This document shows, in pieces, positions 10,147 to 19,380 of a DNA stretch of 61,410 bases. The translations under genes and the position numbers were made by a program. The stretch is from contig CALCGJ010000056.1 of assembly GCA_937900965.1 (NCBI GenBank), positions 1-61,410 on the forward strand. Direction: 5' to 3'. This DNA comes from an uncultured Bacteroidota bacterium. Lineage in GTDB: Bacteria > Bacteroidota > Bacteroidia > Bacteroidales > FEN-979. Positions within the stretch are counted from its first letter, which is position 1, and every line of letters begins with the position of its first letter. The notes beneath the pieces were generated by a model. It worked only from the letters and a program-made list of their open reading frames with translations, ran no database searches and was not told the DNA's origin.

Positions 10147-11064
10147 TTATCGCTTGGATCTTCCGGCTGGCTTGGTAATCCGTTTCCGCGGGGATTTGGC
10201 CGAATCAGATTCCTTGTCGTCTGCTCCCTTCACTTTCGAAAGGTTTGTGTTGACGTTATCTTTCCGGGTGACCTTGATTCCATCTTCCTCATCATCGTCG
10301 CGATCCATAAGGGTGTTAAAATCATCTTCTCCACCTTCTTCCAGTTCATCTTCAGCAGCTTTCTTGTCTCTGTCGAGTTTGCGTTCAACGAGACCCTCCT
10401 CAATTGCATTCATCATAATCTCAACGATCAGTGAGATTGATTTGGAAGCATCGTCGTTAGCCGGGATCGGAAAATCAACCAGCCGGGGGTCTGAGTTGGT
10501 GTCTACGATCGCAAAGGTTGGAATATTGAGTTTTCGGGCTTCTGCCAGTGCAATGTGCTCTTTCAGGATATCCACAATAAACAGGGCAGCAGGTAACCGG
10601 TTAAGATCAGCAATACTACCCAGGTTCTTCTCCAGTTTTGCGCGTTCACGTGTGAGGGTAAGGCGCTCTTTTTTAGAGAGGTTATCATATGAAGGGCTGC
10701 TCATCAGTTTATCGATGGAGGTCATTTTTCTGACCGCTTTCCTGATGGTTGCAAAATTGGTGAGCATACCACCAGGCCACCGCTCGGTCATGTATGGCAT
10801 GTTAATCCGCTTCACCTTTTCAGCTACCAGCTCTTTGGCCTGTTTTTTCGTGGCGACAAAGAGGACTTTCTTTCCCGACTTGGCGATCTGCTTAATTGCA
10901 GCTGCAGCTTCGTCGATCTTGCCCATAGTTTTATAGAGATCAATGATGTGAATCCCGTTTCGTTCCATGAAGATATAGGGAGCCATGCTTGGGTTCCATT
11001 TCCGCTTCAGGTGACCGAAGTGAACACCGGCATCAAGCAATTCATTAAATGTCGTTCTCGGCAT
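10147..11064 (-). CDS. rpsB: 30S ribosomal protein S2
   Basis: LLDAGVHFGH, RWPGGMLTNF, DTNSDP, PIPANDDA; long acidic C-terminal tail. Confidence 0.99.
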   Translation of the reverse strand: MPRTTFNELLDAGVHFGHLKRKWNPSMAPYIFMERNGIHIIDLYKTMGKIDEAAAAIKQIAKSGKKVLFVATKKQAKELVAEKVKRINMPYMTERWPGGMLTNFATIRKAVRKMTSIDKLMSSPSYDNLSKKERLTLTRERAKLEKNLGSIADLNRLPAALFIVDILKEHIALAEARKLNIPTFAIVDTNSDPRLVDFPIPANDDASKSISLIVEIMMNAIEEGLVERKLDRDKKAAEDELEEGGEDDFNTLMDRDDDEEDGIKVTRKDNVNTNLSKVKGADDKESDSAKSPRKRITKPAGRSKR

Positions 11065-11082
11065 AATAGTACAAATAAAATA

Positions 11083-11469
11083 TTAACGTTTACTGAATTG
11101 GAATTTTTTCCGGGCTTTTTTCTGCCCAAATTTCTTGCGTTCCACCATCCTGGGGTCCCTACGCATTAGTCCTTTAGCTTTCAGGGCAGGGCGCATCTCC
11201 TCGTTGATTTTGCAGAGAGCACGTGCAATGGCAAGCGCCAAAGCTTCCGACTGTCCTTTGACTCCTCCGCCATCCAGGTTAACCTTTACATCATATTTCC
11301 CCATGGTCTCTGTGACTGTAAATGGTTCTGTAGCTTTAAACTGCAGGATGGAGGTTGGAAAATATTCTGCAAAATCCCGTCCGTTGACCGTGATATTTCC
11401 CTGGCCTTCCTGAACGTAGATCCGTGCAATGGCAGTCTTTCTTCTGCCAAGGGCATTGATAACTTCCAT
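11083..11469 (-). CDS. rpsI: 30S ribosomal protein S9
   Basis: GRRKTAIAR, GGGVKGQ, RDPRMVERKKFG..KARKKFQFSKR. Confidence 0.99.
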   Translation of the reverse strand: MEVINALGRRKTAIARIYVQEGQGNITVNGRDFAEYFPTSILQFKATEPFTVTETMGKYDVKVNLDGGGVKGQSEALALAIARALCKINEEMRPALKAKGLMRRDPRMVERKKFGQKKARKKFQFSKR

Positions 11470-11470
11470 A

Positions 11471-11926
11471 TTACTTGATTGTATTTAGATTAATTTCTTT
11501 GGGTTGTTGTGCCTCGTGCGGGTGTTCGGGCCCTGCATATACATAGAGGTTCCGGTAGAGCTCGCTACCCAGGCGATTTTTGGGAAGCATTCCTTTGACA
11601 GCAGATTCGATGATAGCACGTGGATTCTTCGCCAATAGTTCCTGAGGTGTGCGTTTCCGTTGTCCACCCGGATAACCGGAATGACGAATGTATACCTTAT
11701 CGGTCATCTTTTTTCCTGTCAGCTTGATCTTCTCGGCATTGATGATCACCACGTTATCACCACAATCTACATGTGGGGTAAAACTGGGTTTCAATTTACC
11801 TCTAAGTATCAACGCTACTTTGGATGCCAGTCGTCCCAGCACCGCATCTTCTGCGTTGATCAGTACCCACTCTTTGGTTACCGTTTCCTTGTTGGCACTG
11901 ATGGTTTTGTAACTTAACGTATTCAT
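11471..11926 (-). CDS. rplM: 50S ribosomal protein L13
   Basis: MNTLSYKT start; LGRLAS, FTPHVDCGD, YIRHSGYPGG, GMLPKN, HPHEAQQP. Confidence 0.99.
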   Translation of the reverse strand: MNTLSYKTISANKETVTKEWVLINAEDAVLGRLASKVALILRGKLKPSFTPHVDCGDNVVIINAEKIKLTGKKMTDKVYIRHSGYPGGQRKRTPQELLAKNPRAIIESAVKGMLPKNRLGSELYRNLYVYAGPEHPHEAQQPKEINLNTIK

Positions 11927-11949
11927 GGATATTCGTTTAAAAAGGGGTG

Positions 11950-11957
11950 CAAAGATA
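11950..11957 (-). promoter_or_regulatory. -7 promoter box for the rplM operon
   Basis: TATCTTTG-CA on the minus strand, 23 nt upstream of the ATG. Confidence 0.7.
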
Positions 11958-12040
11958 GAACGAATTAAAATTCCCTGCAAGAGAACTAAACATAAAAAGC
12001 GATATTTCTTACATTATGGTTTGTTTTGTGACAAATTCTG

Positions 12041-12048
12041 TATTTTTG
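12041..12048 (+). promoter_or_regulatory. -7 promoter box for the DUF4143 gene
   Basis: TATTTTTG, with TTTG at 12020-12023. Confidence 0.5.
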
Positions 12049-12082
12049 TGATGTAGGATGCCTGATGGCTTGAACAATATAC

Positions 12083-13024
12083 ATGCGAAACTCTCTGATT
12101 ACGTTTTCTTTTGAGCAGTTCCTGGAGATGGCAGGAGACAGGGAGTCGCTGGAGCTATACCGAGAGGTTCCTTTCCCAAATTATGGGTATGAAAAACTTC
12201 TTGGCCTCTTTCATCAATTTTGCCTTGTTGGTGGAATTCCCGATGTTGTAGAGTTGTTTGCTGCTTCCAGGGACATTCTCCTGTTGTCTCCGATCTATGA
12301 ACGGAACCTGGAAGAGCTATTCTTCAAAGCGGCTTCAATTGCCACAACACAAAAAACAGGTGAACGGCTGGTCCAGATATACCAGGACTCCTTCACGTTT
12401 GCTGCTACAAGGATCAAATTCAACGGATTCAGTGACGAGCGGTTTCACAGCCGTGAAGTTAGTCAAGCGTTTCATCTCCTGCAGGAACACGGACTCATCC
12501 AACTTCTCTACCCCACCATACATGCCGATCTGCCCTTTGATACAGACAAACATCGTTCTCCCCGGATTCAACTACCGGATACCGGGCTGGTTAACTATTT
12601 TACCGGAATTCAGGATGCATTAACGGATCAGAAGGATCTTTCGGCAATATTCAACCGTCAGATATCTCTGCACATTGTCGCACAGGAGTTGATGACTTCA
12701 ACGGAAGCTGGTAACAAAACACTTCATTTCTGGGTCAGGGGCAAAACCCAGTCCTCTGCAGAGGTAGATTTTGTGATCCAACACCAGGATTTGATGATCC
12801 CCGTTGAGGTAAAGAGAGGCGAGCCGGGCCGATTGCGTTCCCTGCACCAATTTGTGGAAGCTGCATCCCATCCGTTTGCTGTGCGACTTTATGCGGGTCC
12901 TTTGATGGTAAAAGAGGCCCGTACAACTTCTGGAGAAACATACTACCTGATGAGTTTACCTTACTTTCTGGGAGGAAAGATCAGGGAACATCTGGAGGGA
13001 TTTATGAAGTTTGTAGGAAAGTAG
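12083..13024 (+). CDS. DUF4143-domain protein lacking the usual N-terminal AAA ATPase domain
   Basis: FSFEQFL, VGGIPDVV, PRIQLPDTGLVN, HFWVR...AEVDFVI....IPVEVK.G..GRLRSLHQF; no Walker A motif in the ORF. Confidence 0.7.
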   Translation: MRNSLITFSFEQFLEMAGDRESLELYREVPFPNYGYEKLLGLFHQFCLVGGIPDVVELFAASRDILLLSPIYERNLEELFFKAASIATTQKTGERLVQIYQDSFTFAATRIKFNGFSDERFHSREVSQAFHLLQEHGLIQLLYPTIHADLPFDTDKHRSPRIQLPDTGLVNYFTGIQDALTDQKDLSAIFNRQISLHIVAQELMTSTEAGNKTLHFWVRGKTQSSAEVDFVIQHQDLMIPVEVKRGEPGRLRSLHQFVEAASHPFAVRLYAGPLMVKEARTTSGETYYLMSLPYFLGGKIREHLEGFMKFVGK

Positions 13025-13085
13025 GGAGGTAGGGAGGTAGGGATGTAGGATGTAGGATGTAGGATGTAGGATGTAGGATGTAGGA
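13021..13085 (+). repeat. Compound tandem array: (GTAGGGAG) about 3 copies then (TGTAGGA)x6
   Basis: Read directly; the first unit contains the TAG stop of the upstream gene. Confidence 0.95.
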
Positions 13086-13132
13086 ATCTACATTGAAGTT
13101 TGTTAATTTTGAAAATAAAATAGATCCGGACC

Positions 13133-13966
13133 GTGAAAGGACCTTTTTTTGAAAGAATAATTATCATTACTCTGTTTGCTGTTGCAATGGGGTTTTTGGA
13201 GAGTGCTGTTGTGGTTTACCTGCGTGAACTTTATTATCCGGAAGGATTCTCTTTTCCGCTGACAAACCTCGCCGATCACATCCTCATTACTGAACTTTTC
13301 CGTGAGATTGCCACCATGGTGATGCTTGTAACAGTCTCCATGCTGGCTGCCCGGAAATGGAACATCAGGTTTGCCTGGTTCATTTATATGTTTGCCATAT
13401 GGGATATTTTCTATTATATTTTCCTGTGGTTATTAATCGGGTGGCCTGAGTCTCTTCTCACCTGGGACATCCTGTTTATGATTCCGACTACCTGGGTCGG
13501 ACCTGTCATTGCTCCTGTGATCAACTCTCTGACAATGATACTTCTGGCGAGTTTGATTCTACTGGCGGACAGGTGGACAAGCGGACGAGCGGACCAGCGG
13601 ACTTCCACCTCCGCCAAGGCTACGGCGGATAAAAGCGTGCAGGTTTGGGGCTCAGGGCTCAGAGCTCAGGGCTCAGCAGGACTGGTGCGGCTATCGGGAC
13701 TGGAGTGGGGATTGTTGATAATCGGATCGCTGATCACCATTACCGCGTATATTGAGGATTACAGCGTGTATATGCTTGACCGGCTCACATTAACTGAATG
13801 GTTGGGTGGAGATCATCAGGCTGAAGTAATGTCCTATGCCACAACATACATCCCCGTCTCATTTAACTGGATTCTGTTTTCGGCAGGAACTACACTATTT
13901 TTTATTGTGATCGGGTTGTTCCTCAGAAGATTATTTATAGCATCAAGAAAAAATCTACCACAATAG
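13133..13966 (+). CDS. Integral membrane protein of unknown function with a repeat-derived insert
   Basis: About 6-7 hydrophobic segments; AMGFLESAVVVYLR, REIATMVML, FAIWDIFYY, WDILFMIP..WVGPV; TAATTTTG box at 13104-13111. Confidence 0.7.
   Translation: MKGPFFERIIIITLFAVAMGFLESAVVVYLRELYYPEGFSFPLTNLADHILITELFREIATMVMLVTVSMLAARKWNIRFAWFIYMFAIWDIFYYIFLWLLIGWPESLLTWDILFMIPTTWVGPVIAPVINSLTMILLASLILLADRWTSGRADQRTSTSAKATADKSVQVWGSGLRAQGSAGLVRLSGLEWGLLIIGSLITITAYIEDYSVYMLDRLTLTEWLGGDHQAEVMSYATTYIPVSFNWILFSAGTTLFFIVIGLFLRRLFIASRKNLPQ
13565..13677 (+). repeat. In-frame compound repeat: GCGGACNN octamers, TCCGCCAAGGCTACGGCGGA hairpin, GGGCTCA heptamers
   Basis: Encodes ADRWTSGRADQRTSTSAKATADKSVQVWGSGLRAQGS between two TM helices. 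Confidence 0.8.
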
Positions 13967-14018
13967 TCACATAGGGCACATTAGATTCTATTGTGACCTA
14001 ATGTGCCTAATGTGGTGA
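13967..14018. repeat. Palindromic element CACATAGGGCACATTAG...CTAATGTGCCTAATGTG (possible terminator)
   Basis: Imperfect inverted repeat directly after the stop codon. Confidence 0.6.
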
Positions 14019-14067
14019 AGTTGGCATACAAATTAGTACTTTTGCATGTTGTTTCAAATTCAAAATC

Positions 14068-15102
14068 ATGTCGATCAAGGTTGATCATATCACCAAACTT
14101 TACGGAACCCAGAAAGCACTTAACGATGTAACCCTTGAAATCAAACCAGGAGAAGTTGTTGGCTTGTTGGGACCTAACGGTGCAGGGAAAAGCACTTTGA
14201 TGAAAATCCTTACCTCCTATATCCCGCCTACTTCAGGGGAAGCATCAGTGAGTGGATTTGATGTAATGGAACAATCTATGGAGGTTCGGAAACGGGTAGG
14301 ATATCTTCCTGAGAATAATCCGCTTTACACGGACCTCTATGTGAAGGAATTTTTGCAGTTTATTGCGAAGATTAATCATGGTGATAAAAGTCGGAAGTCA
14401 GAAGTCAGAAGTACGAAATCAACTACGAAGGAAGAAGTTAGAAGTGTTATTTCCGCGGAGCGAATCAAAGAGATAATTGACCTCACGGGGTTAGAAGCGG
14501 AACAGCATAAGAAAATCGGAGCGCTTTCAAGGGGTTACCGGCAGCGGGTGGGACTGGCACAGGCGTTGCTTCATGACCCCGAAGTATTGATCCTTGATGA
14601 GCCAACTTCCGGCCTGGACCCTAACCAGCTGGTTGAGATCCGGAATCTGATCCAATCAATAGGGAAAGAGAAAACAATCATGATGTCGACCCACATCATG
14701 CAAGAGGTGGAGGCGATCTGCGACCGTACTATCATAATCCACAAAGGAAAAATTGTTGCAGATGATAAAACAAAAAACCTCCAGAAGATGCAGCCATCGA
14801 AGATCATTATCAAGGTGGAGTTCGATAAACCAGTTCCACCCAATAAACTGATGAAGATTGTGGGTGTAAAAGACGCTTTCGACCCGAAGGCACAACTCCA
14901 GCATCAAGGATCCAGGATCCAGCATCAAGGATCCAGGATCCAGAATCCGGCATCCGGCATTTGGCATCTTGAATCAGAAGCATCAATTGACATCCGTCCG
15001 GCAGTATTCAAGTTTGCCGTTGACAATAATCTGACTGTCCTTTCACTGCAGCGTGACGAGCATCGGCTTGAAGAGGTTTTTCAGGAACTGACGAGAACGT
15101 AA
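14068..15102 (+). CDS. gldA: Gliding-motility-associated ABC transporter ATP-binding subunit
   Basis: GPNGAGKST, GYLPENNPLY.DLYVKEFL, KKIGALSRGYRQRVGLAQALLHDP, DEPTSGLDPNQL, STHIMQEVEAICDR; TACTTTTG box at 14037-14044. Confidence 0.85.
   Translation: MSIKVDHITKLYGTQKALNDVTLEIKPGEVVGLLGPNGAGKSTLMKILTSYIPPTSGEASVSGFDVMEQSMEVRKRVGYLPENNPLYTDLYVKEFLQFIAKINHGDKSRKSEVRSTKSTTKEEVRSVISAERIKEIIDLTGLEAEQHKKIGALSRGYRQRVGLAQALLHDPEVLILDEPTSGLDPNQLVEIRNLIQSIGKEKTIMMSTHIMQEVEAICDRTIIIHKGKIVADDKTKNLQKMQPSKIIIKVEFDKPVPPNKLMKIVGVKDAFDPKAQLQHQGSRIQHQGSRIQNPASGIWHLESEASIDIRPAVFKFAVDNNLTVLSLQRDEHRLEEVFQELTRT
14387..14447 (+). repeat. In-frame GAAGTCA/GAAGTAC heptamer array in gldA
   Basis: AAAGTCG GAAGTCA GAAGTCA GAAGTAC GAAATCA...GAAGTTA GAAGTGT; same family as 61336-61397. 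Confidence 0.75.
14897..14970 (+). repeat. In-frame TCCAG(C/G)A heptamer array in gldA
   Basis: The 21-mer TCCAGCATCAAGGATCCAGGA occurs twice, then TCCAGAA TCCGGCA TCCGGCA TTTGGCA; encodes QHQGSRIQHQGSRIQNPASGIWH. Confidence 0.9.
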
Positions 15103-15150
15103 GAGAGTATGAGAGTATGAGGGTATGAGGGTATGAGAGTATGAGAGTAT
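15103..15150 (+). repeat. Octamer array (GAG(A/G)GTAT)x6
   Basis: Read directly, immediately after the gldA stop. Confidence 0.95.
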
Positions 15151-15211
15151 CGCGGAATTCTGTAATTAAAATTTTTATCGAAAATCGAATTATTAGTAAA
15201 TAGAAAAATTG

Positions 15212-15219
15212 TACTTTTG
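15212..15219 (+). promoter_or_regulatory. -7 promoter box for metK
   Basis: TACTTTTG-CG just upstream of the riboswitch-like motif. Confidence 0.7.
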
Positions 15220-15227
15220 CGCCTGCA

Positions 15228-15279
15228 GGGTGGAAAGATTTGATTGATTGCAACCACTGGAAAAAATGCTAAACCAACA
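15228..15279 (+). ncRNA. SAM-II/SAM-V-like riboswitch in the metK leader
   Basis: GTGG (P1) - AAAGATTTG - ATTGATTGC - AA - CCAC (P1') - linker - GCTAAA-CCAA. This matches the GAUUU, UUGC and GCUAAA signature of SAM-II pseudoknots, and it lies upstream of SAM synthetase. Confidence 0.7.
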
Positions 15280-15343
15280 GCCTTTCCAACTTTCAAATCC
15301 CATTTCTGTAAGAAAATTAACGCAAACTAAAAATAGTTAGATC

Positions 15344-16699
15344 ATGGGATATTTGTTTACATCGGAGTCTGTTTCAGAGGGGCATCCGGATAAAGTAGCC
15401 GATCAGATATCGGACGCGCTGCTGGATGAATTTTTACGCTGGGACCCTGAATCCAAAGTTGCTTGTGAGACTTTTGTTACCACTGGTCTTGTAGTATGTG
15501 GCGGAGAAGTAAGAACAGAGGGCTGGGTTGACGTTCAGGAGACAGCCAGGAAAGTGATACGAGAAATAGGGTACACCAAAGCCGAATATCGTTTCGACAG
15601 CGAATCATGTGGAGTCATATCAACGATTCATGAGCAATCATCAGACATTAATCAGGGTGTTGTCCGTGCAAAGAAAGAGGAACAGGGAGCTGGCGACCAG
15701 GGAATGATGTTTGGATATGCATGCCGGGAGATGGATAACTTCATGCCTCTGTCGAGCGAACTGGCCCACATCCTTCTGCAGGAACTGGCAGAAATCCGCA
15801 GGGAAGGGAAGCATATGAAGTATCTAAGGCCCGATTCCAAATCACAGGTTACCGTTGAATATGGCGAGAATGGGCAACCTCTTCGGGTAGATACTATCGT
15901 GGTAAGCACCCAACATGACGAGTTCATCCTACCAAAGAATACCTCTTTCAAAGCGTTAAAAGCTGCGGAAAAAGAGATGCAGGATAAAATCCGTGTCGAT
16001 ATTGAGAAGGTGTTGATCCCCAGGGTCAGGAAGACGTTGCCTGCACGGGTCAAGAAATTGTTTGGAGATGATTACAAATTGTTTGTGAATCCAACGGGGA
16101 AATTTGTTATCGGGGGGCCACACGGTGATACAGGACTTACGGGCAGAAAGATCATTGTTGATACCTATGGAGGGCATGGAGCCCATGGCGGAGGTGCCTT
16201 CTCCGGAAAAGATCCTTCAAAGGTAGACCGCTCAGCCGCTTATGCTGCCCGTCACATTGCCAAGAACATGGTTGCCGCAGGAATCGCCGACCAGGTGATG
16301 ATCCAGGTAGCTTATGCCATTGGAGTAGCACAACCAGTAGGTCTGTATGTAAATACTTATGGAACAGCTAAAATTACCGATAAAAAAGGAAAAACCCTGA
16401 CTGATTGGGAGATCGCTGTAAAAATCAACAAGGTATTCGATATGCGTCCGTATGCTATCATTGAGCGGTTTGGATTGAAAAATCCCATTTTCCTTCCTAC
16501 AGCTTCCTACGGGCATTTCGGGAGAGATCCGTTCACCAGATATATCGATGTCTATTACCAGGTAAAAGGCTCCAAAGCGAAGAAAGGGAATGGAACTGCC
16601 AAAGAGGTTTACCAGAAGAAAGTTGATTTCTTTGCCTGGGAGAAACTGGATTATGTTGAGAAACTCAGGAAAGAGTTCGGGATCAAGGCTGGATCCTAG
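15344..16699 (+). CDS. metK: S-adenosylmethionine synthetase
   Basis: [57 protein letters not shown]. Confidence 0.99.
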   Translation: MGYLFTSESVSEGHPDKVADQISDALLDEFLRWDPESKVACETFVTTGLVVCGGEVRTEGWVDVQETARKVIREIGYTKAEYRFDSESCGVISTIHEQSSDINQGVVRAKKEEQGAGDQGMMFGYACREMDNFMPLSSELAHILLQELAEIRREGKHMKYLRPDSKSQVTVEYGENGQPLRVDTIVVSTQHDEFILPKNTSFKALKAAEKEMQDKIRVDIEKVLIPRVRKTLPARVKKLFGDDYKLFVNPTGKFVIGGPHGDTGLTGRKIIVDTYGGHGAHGGGAFSGKDPSKVDRSAAYAARHIAKNMVAAGIADQVMIQVAYAIGVAQPVGLYVNTYGTAKITDKKGKTLTDWEIAVKINKVFDMRPYAIIERFGLKNPIFLPTASYGHFGRDPFTRYIDVYYQVKGSKAKKGNGTAKEVYQKKVDFFAWEKLDYVEKLRKEFGIKAGS

Positions 16700-16724
16700 A
16701 TGCTGTATCCTGGATCCTGGATGG
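16681..16724 (+). repeat. GGAT(C/G)CT heptamer array overlapping the metK stop
   Basis: GGCT GGATCCT AGATGCT GTATCCT GGATCCT GGATGGC; same family as 37449-37507, and reverse complement of the gldA insert at 14897. Confidence 0.75.
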
Positions 16725-16729
16725 CGAAA

Positions 16730-16767
16730 AAAAATAAGGGGCGACAGGTTTGGTCGCCCCTTATTTT
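16730..16767. terminator. Bidirectional Rho-independent terminator
   Basis: AAAATAAGGGGCGAC-AGGTTTG-GTCGCCCCTTATTTT between convergent genes. Confidence 0.85.
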
Positions 16768-16793
16768 ATCAGGTTCTTTGTTGTCCTATACCT

Positions 16794-17516
16794 TTAGTGG
16801 GATACGACAAGTTTGTGAGTTGATTGTATCCGTCCGTTAACCATTAGGCTATAGAAATAGATCCCTTCTGATAAGTCCGTCGTATTTATACTGGCTACTC
16901 CAGTACCTGACAGGGAAACCTCCTGCACTATGGAACCAAGAACATTTCTCACCAAAAGGAGAGCATTGGCGCCATTCTCTATCGAATAATTGAAGGATGC
17001 CTGTGTAATCGCAGGATTAGGATAGGCTTTGGATAGTGTGGCAACCCCCTCCTGATTCTTTATGCCTAAAGGATATGCATTGAAGAAAGATCTGAAGGAG
17101 ACAGAATCATTGGGGTTGTTCAGGTCGTAATAAACGTACCTGATGATGCTCTGGCCGGCATGCGTGAGCGGCTCATAGTCGCCGGTAAACTGTGTATTTG
17201 TTTCTCCCGGCCCAATTTTAAGGTAGCCCAGTGAAACATAAACGTTCGGTGGGTAACAATTTTCCCAGCAGAATGTGTTTTGGGAACCCGGAACAAGGTA
17301 GATCTCAACTTTTTTACACATAACCAAAAGCGTATCCGAGTAGTTATTTGTTACACCCATATAAGCCACAATCACCGGGCTTGCGGGCTCACCAGTGTAA
17401 ACTACTGCTCCATCGTTAGGAACCGGATTGCCATCATAGATCAAAGATAGATTCTGGGAATAGCCCAGGAATGCAACCAAGCTCAGCAAGTAAGTTAAAA
17501 GTACAAGTTTTTTCAT
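16794..17516 (-). CDS. T9SS type A sorting domain protein
   Basis: MKKLVLLTY signal peptide; FCWENCY motif; CTD AYPNPA...LSEGIYFYSL...KLVVSH; TATCTTTG box at 17566-17573. Confidence 0.8.
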   Translation of the reverse strand: MKKLVLLTYLLSLVAFLGYSQNLSLIYDGNPVPNDGAVVYTGEPASPVIVAYMGVTNNYSDTLLVMCKKVEIYLVPGSQNTFCWENCYPPNVYVSLGYLKIGPGETNTQFTGDYEPLTHAGQSIIRYVYYDLNNPNDSVSFRSFFNAYPLGIKNQEGVATLSKAYPNPAITQASFNYSIENGANALLLVRNVLGSIVQEVSLSGTGVASINTTDLSEGIYFYSLMVNGRIQSTHKLVVSH

Positions 17517-17688
17517 AGTTTTATCGGTTAATTTGGTTCCAGTTTTTTGTTTATTGATTTGATTGCAAAGATAATACATATACGGTTTAATTACGGAAAA
17601 GTTTCCATTTTTTGGCACTTTCAGGCAACCTAATGTGAAAAGTGATATCTTTACAAGCTGAAAGTTCAACCATTTAAACCTGATCCTT

Positions 17689-19380
17689 ATGAAAAAATTA
17701 TCCTTTCTTTTAATCCTGTTTCTTTTCCAACTTTCCTTTAGTTTCGGGCAGTCTCAGCGACTTGTCCTTTTGGAAGAGTTCACCTCCTCCACCTGTGGCC
17801 CATGTGTGAATGCAAATTCCAATATACATAACTGGCTTCTTGCAAATCCGACTACCTTTACAGCGATTTTCTACCACATGAGCTGGCCTGCTCCCGGAAA
17901 TGATCCGATGTACCTGGCCAACACCATCGACAATAACGCCAGACGCTCCTATTACGGTGTAAATTCAGTACCCTGGACAGTGGTGGATGGTAATGTGTTC
18001 TCAAACAACTGGAATGCGGGAGTATTGTCGATTATCAACAACCGGGTGAACATCCCTTCACCCTTCGAGATTGCCCTCCAGCATTCCCTTTCTCCAACCA
18101 ACGACGAGATTTTCCTTACCATGGTTGCCAAAGCTACTGATGATGTCAGCGGCAACCTTGTTGCACATAATGTGGTGATCGAAAAGTATGTACAATTTTC
18201 AAGTCCTCCGGGAACCAACGGAGAGAAGAATTTTGACCATGTGATGAAAGTTATGCTCCCCACCAGGAATGGGACTTCTCTCGGCGGTTTTGAATCCGGG
18301 GATTATGTCATCATTGAAACCAGCTGGCCTTTTGAGCCCAACCAGGTTTACAATATAAATGATCTTGCTGCCGTAGGCTTTATTCAGAATAACACCTCGA
18401 AAGAGATCCACCAGGCTGCCAACAGTTCTACTGATGCAATCATCTTCCCTTATGACAGGGACCTCCAGGTAATGGATATTGAAAACGTTTCCTCTACAAA
18501 CTGCAGTGGTGTAGTAGCTCCAATTGTGACCGTGCGGAACAATGGGAACAATACCATCACCTCCTTTGACCTGAAATACGAAGTCAATGGCGGGACGATT
18601 GTTACCCAAGGCTGGACAGGAAGCATCGTCCCACTGGAGAAGGCTGTTGTTAATCTCCCTGATTACACATTTGTTCCCGAGGTTAGCAATACGTTAAGTG
18701 TCTTCTCCGACAATCCCAATAACAACTCCGATGAGTATCCCAAGAACGACACTCTCAACTTCATCATTAATGCCGCTCCTGCCACTACCTTCACACTGCA
18801 CCTTTTCGTGAAGCCTGATAATGCTCCTGAAGAGACCACATGGGATGTGAAAGATGCACAGGGAACTGTGGTTGCTAATGGAGGCCCATATTCCGTACCC
18901 GGTGTTATTGTACGCGATACAATTGAACTTGCCATAGAAGGATGTTACACTTTCACTATTTATGATGCAAATGGAACCGGTATTTGCTGCAGTAATGGCA
19001 ATGGCCTTTACTTCCTGGAGGACGATCAGGGCACCGAGGTTGTTCAGGGTGGATCTTTCGGTTATTATGAGATGACCGAATTTAACGCCAACGTAGTTTC
19101 AGCACGCGAACTGTTCGATCAGACAAAAGCGCTTCAGGTCTATCCAAATCCTGCGTCAGGCATCACAAAAGCCTCTTTCTATCTGGTTAATCCTGAAACC
19201 GTTGAGCTAAACCTTTACAACACCTTTGGACAGAAGGTTCGGAATTACCAGCCAGGCTATCTTAGTAACGGAGAGCATCAAGTGGAAATTGATGCCGGAA
19301 ATCTTGCTCCCGGAGTATATATTCTTCAATTAACCACCGGGAATAAGGTTTATACAAGAAAAATCTCTGTGACCCGCTAA
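17689..19380 (+). CDS. Omp28-like thioredoxin-fold protein with CARDB-like Ig domain and T9SS type A CTD
   Basis: RLVLLEEFTSSTCGPC, YHMSWP..NDPMY, YYGVNSVP..VVDG; CTD VYPNPA...LAPGVYIL...RKISVTR. Confidence 0.75.
   Translation: MKKLSFLLILFLFQLSFSFGQSQRLVLLEEFTSSTCGPCVNANSNIHNWLLANPTTFTAIFYHMSWPAPGNDPMYLANTIDNNARRSYYGVNSVPWTVVDGNVFSNNWNAGVLSIINNRVNIPSPFEIALQHSLSPTNDEIFLTMVAKATDDVSGNLVAHNVVIEKYVQFSSPPGTNGEKNFDHVMKVMLPTRNGTSLGGFESGDYVIIETSWPFEPNQVYNINDLAAVGFIQNNTSKEIHQAANSSTDAIIFPYDRDLQVMDIENVSSTNCSGVVAPIVTVRNNGNNTITSFDLKYEVNGGTIVTQGWTGSIVPLEKAVVNLPDYTFVPEVSNTLSVFSDNPNNNSDEYPKNDTLNFIINAAPATTFTLHLFVKPDNAPEETTWDVKDAQGTVVANGGPYSVPGVIVRDTIELAIEGCYTFTIYDANGTGICCSNGNGLYFLEDDQGTEVVQGGSFGYYEMTEFNANVVSARELFDQTKALQVYPNPASGITKASFYLVNPETVELNLYNTFGQKVRNYQPGYLSNGEHQVEIDAGNLAPGVYILQLTTGNKVYTRKISVTR

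Noticed and set aside
10147-10400. Acidic, low-complexity RpsB tail as a repeat insertion
   Set aside because: No 7/8-nt periodicity or palindrome; variable S2 tails are normal.
10094-10936. 280-aa plus-strand ORF
   Set aside because: Antisense shadow of rpsB with no recognisable motifs.
12961-13167. Small ORFs with periodic peptides (HPTSYIL; also 15008-15296, 28767-28952, 37545-37742, 39603-39911)
   Set aside because: These are translations of tandem arrays, with no promoter or homology support as genes.
16540-16625. Lys-rich segment near the MetK C-terminus as an element insertion
   Set aside because: No match to any repeat family in the window; Bacteroidota MetK has variable loops here.
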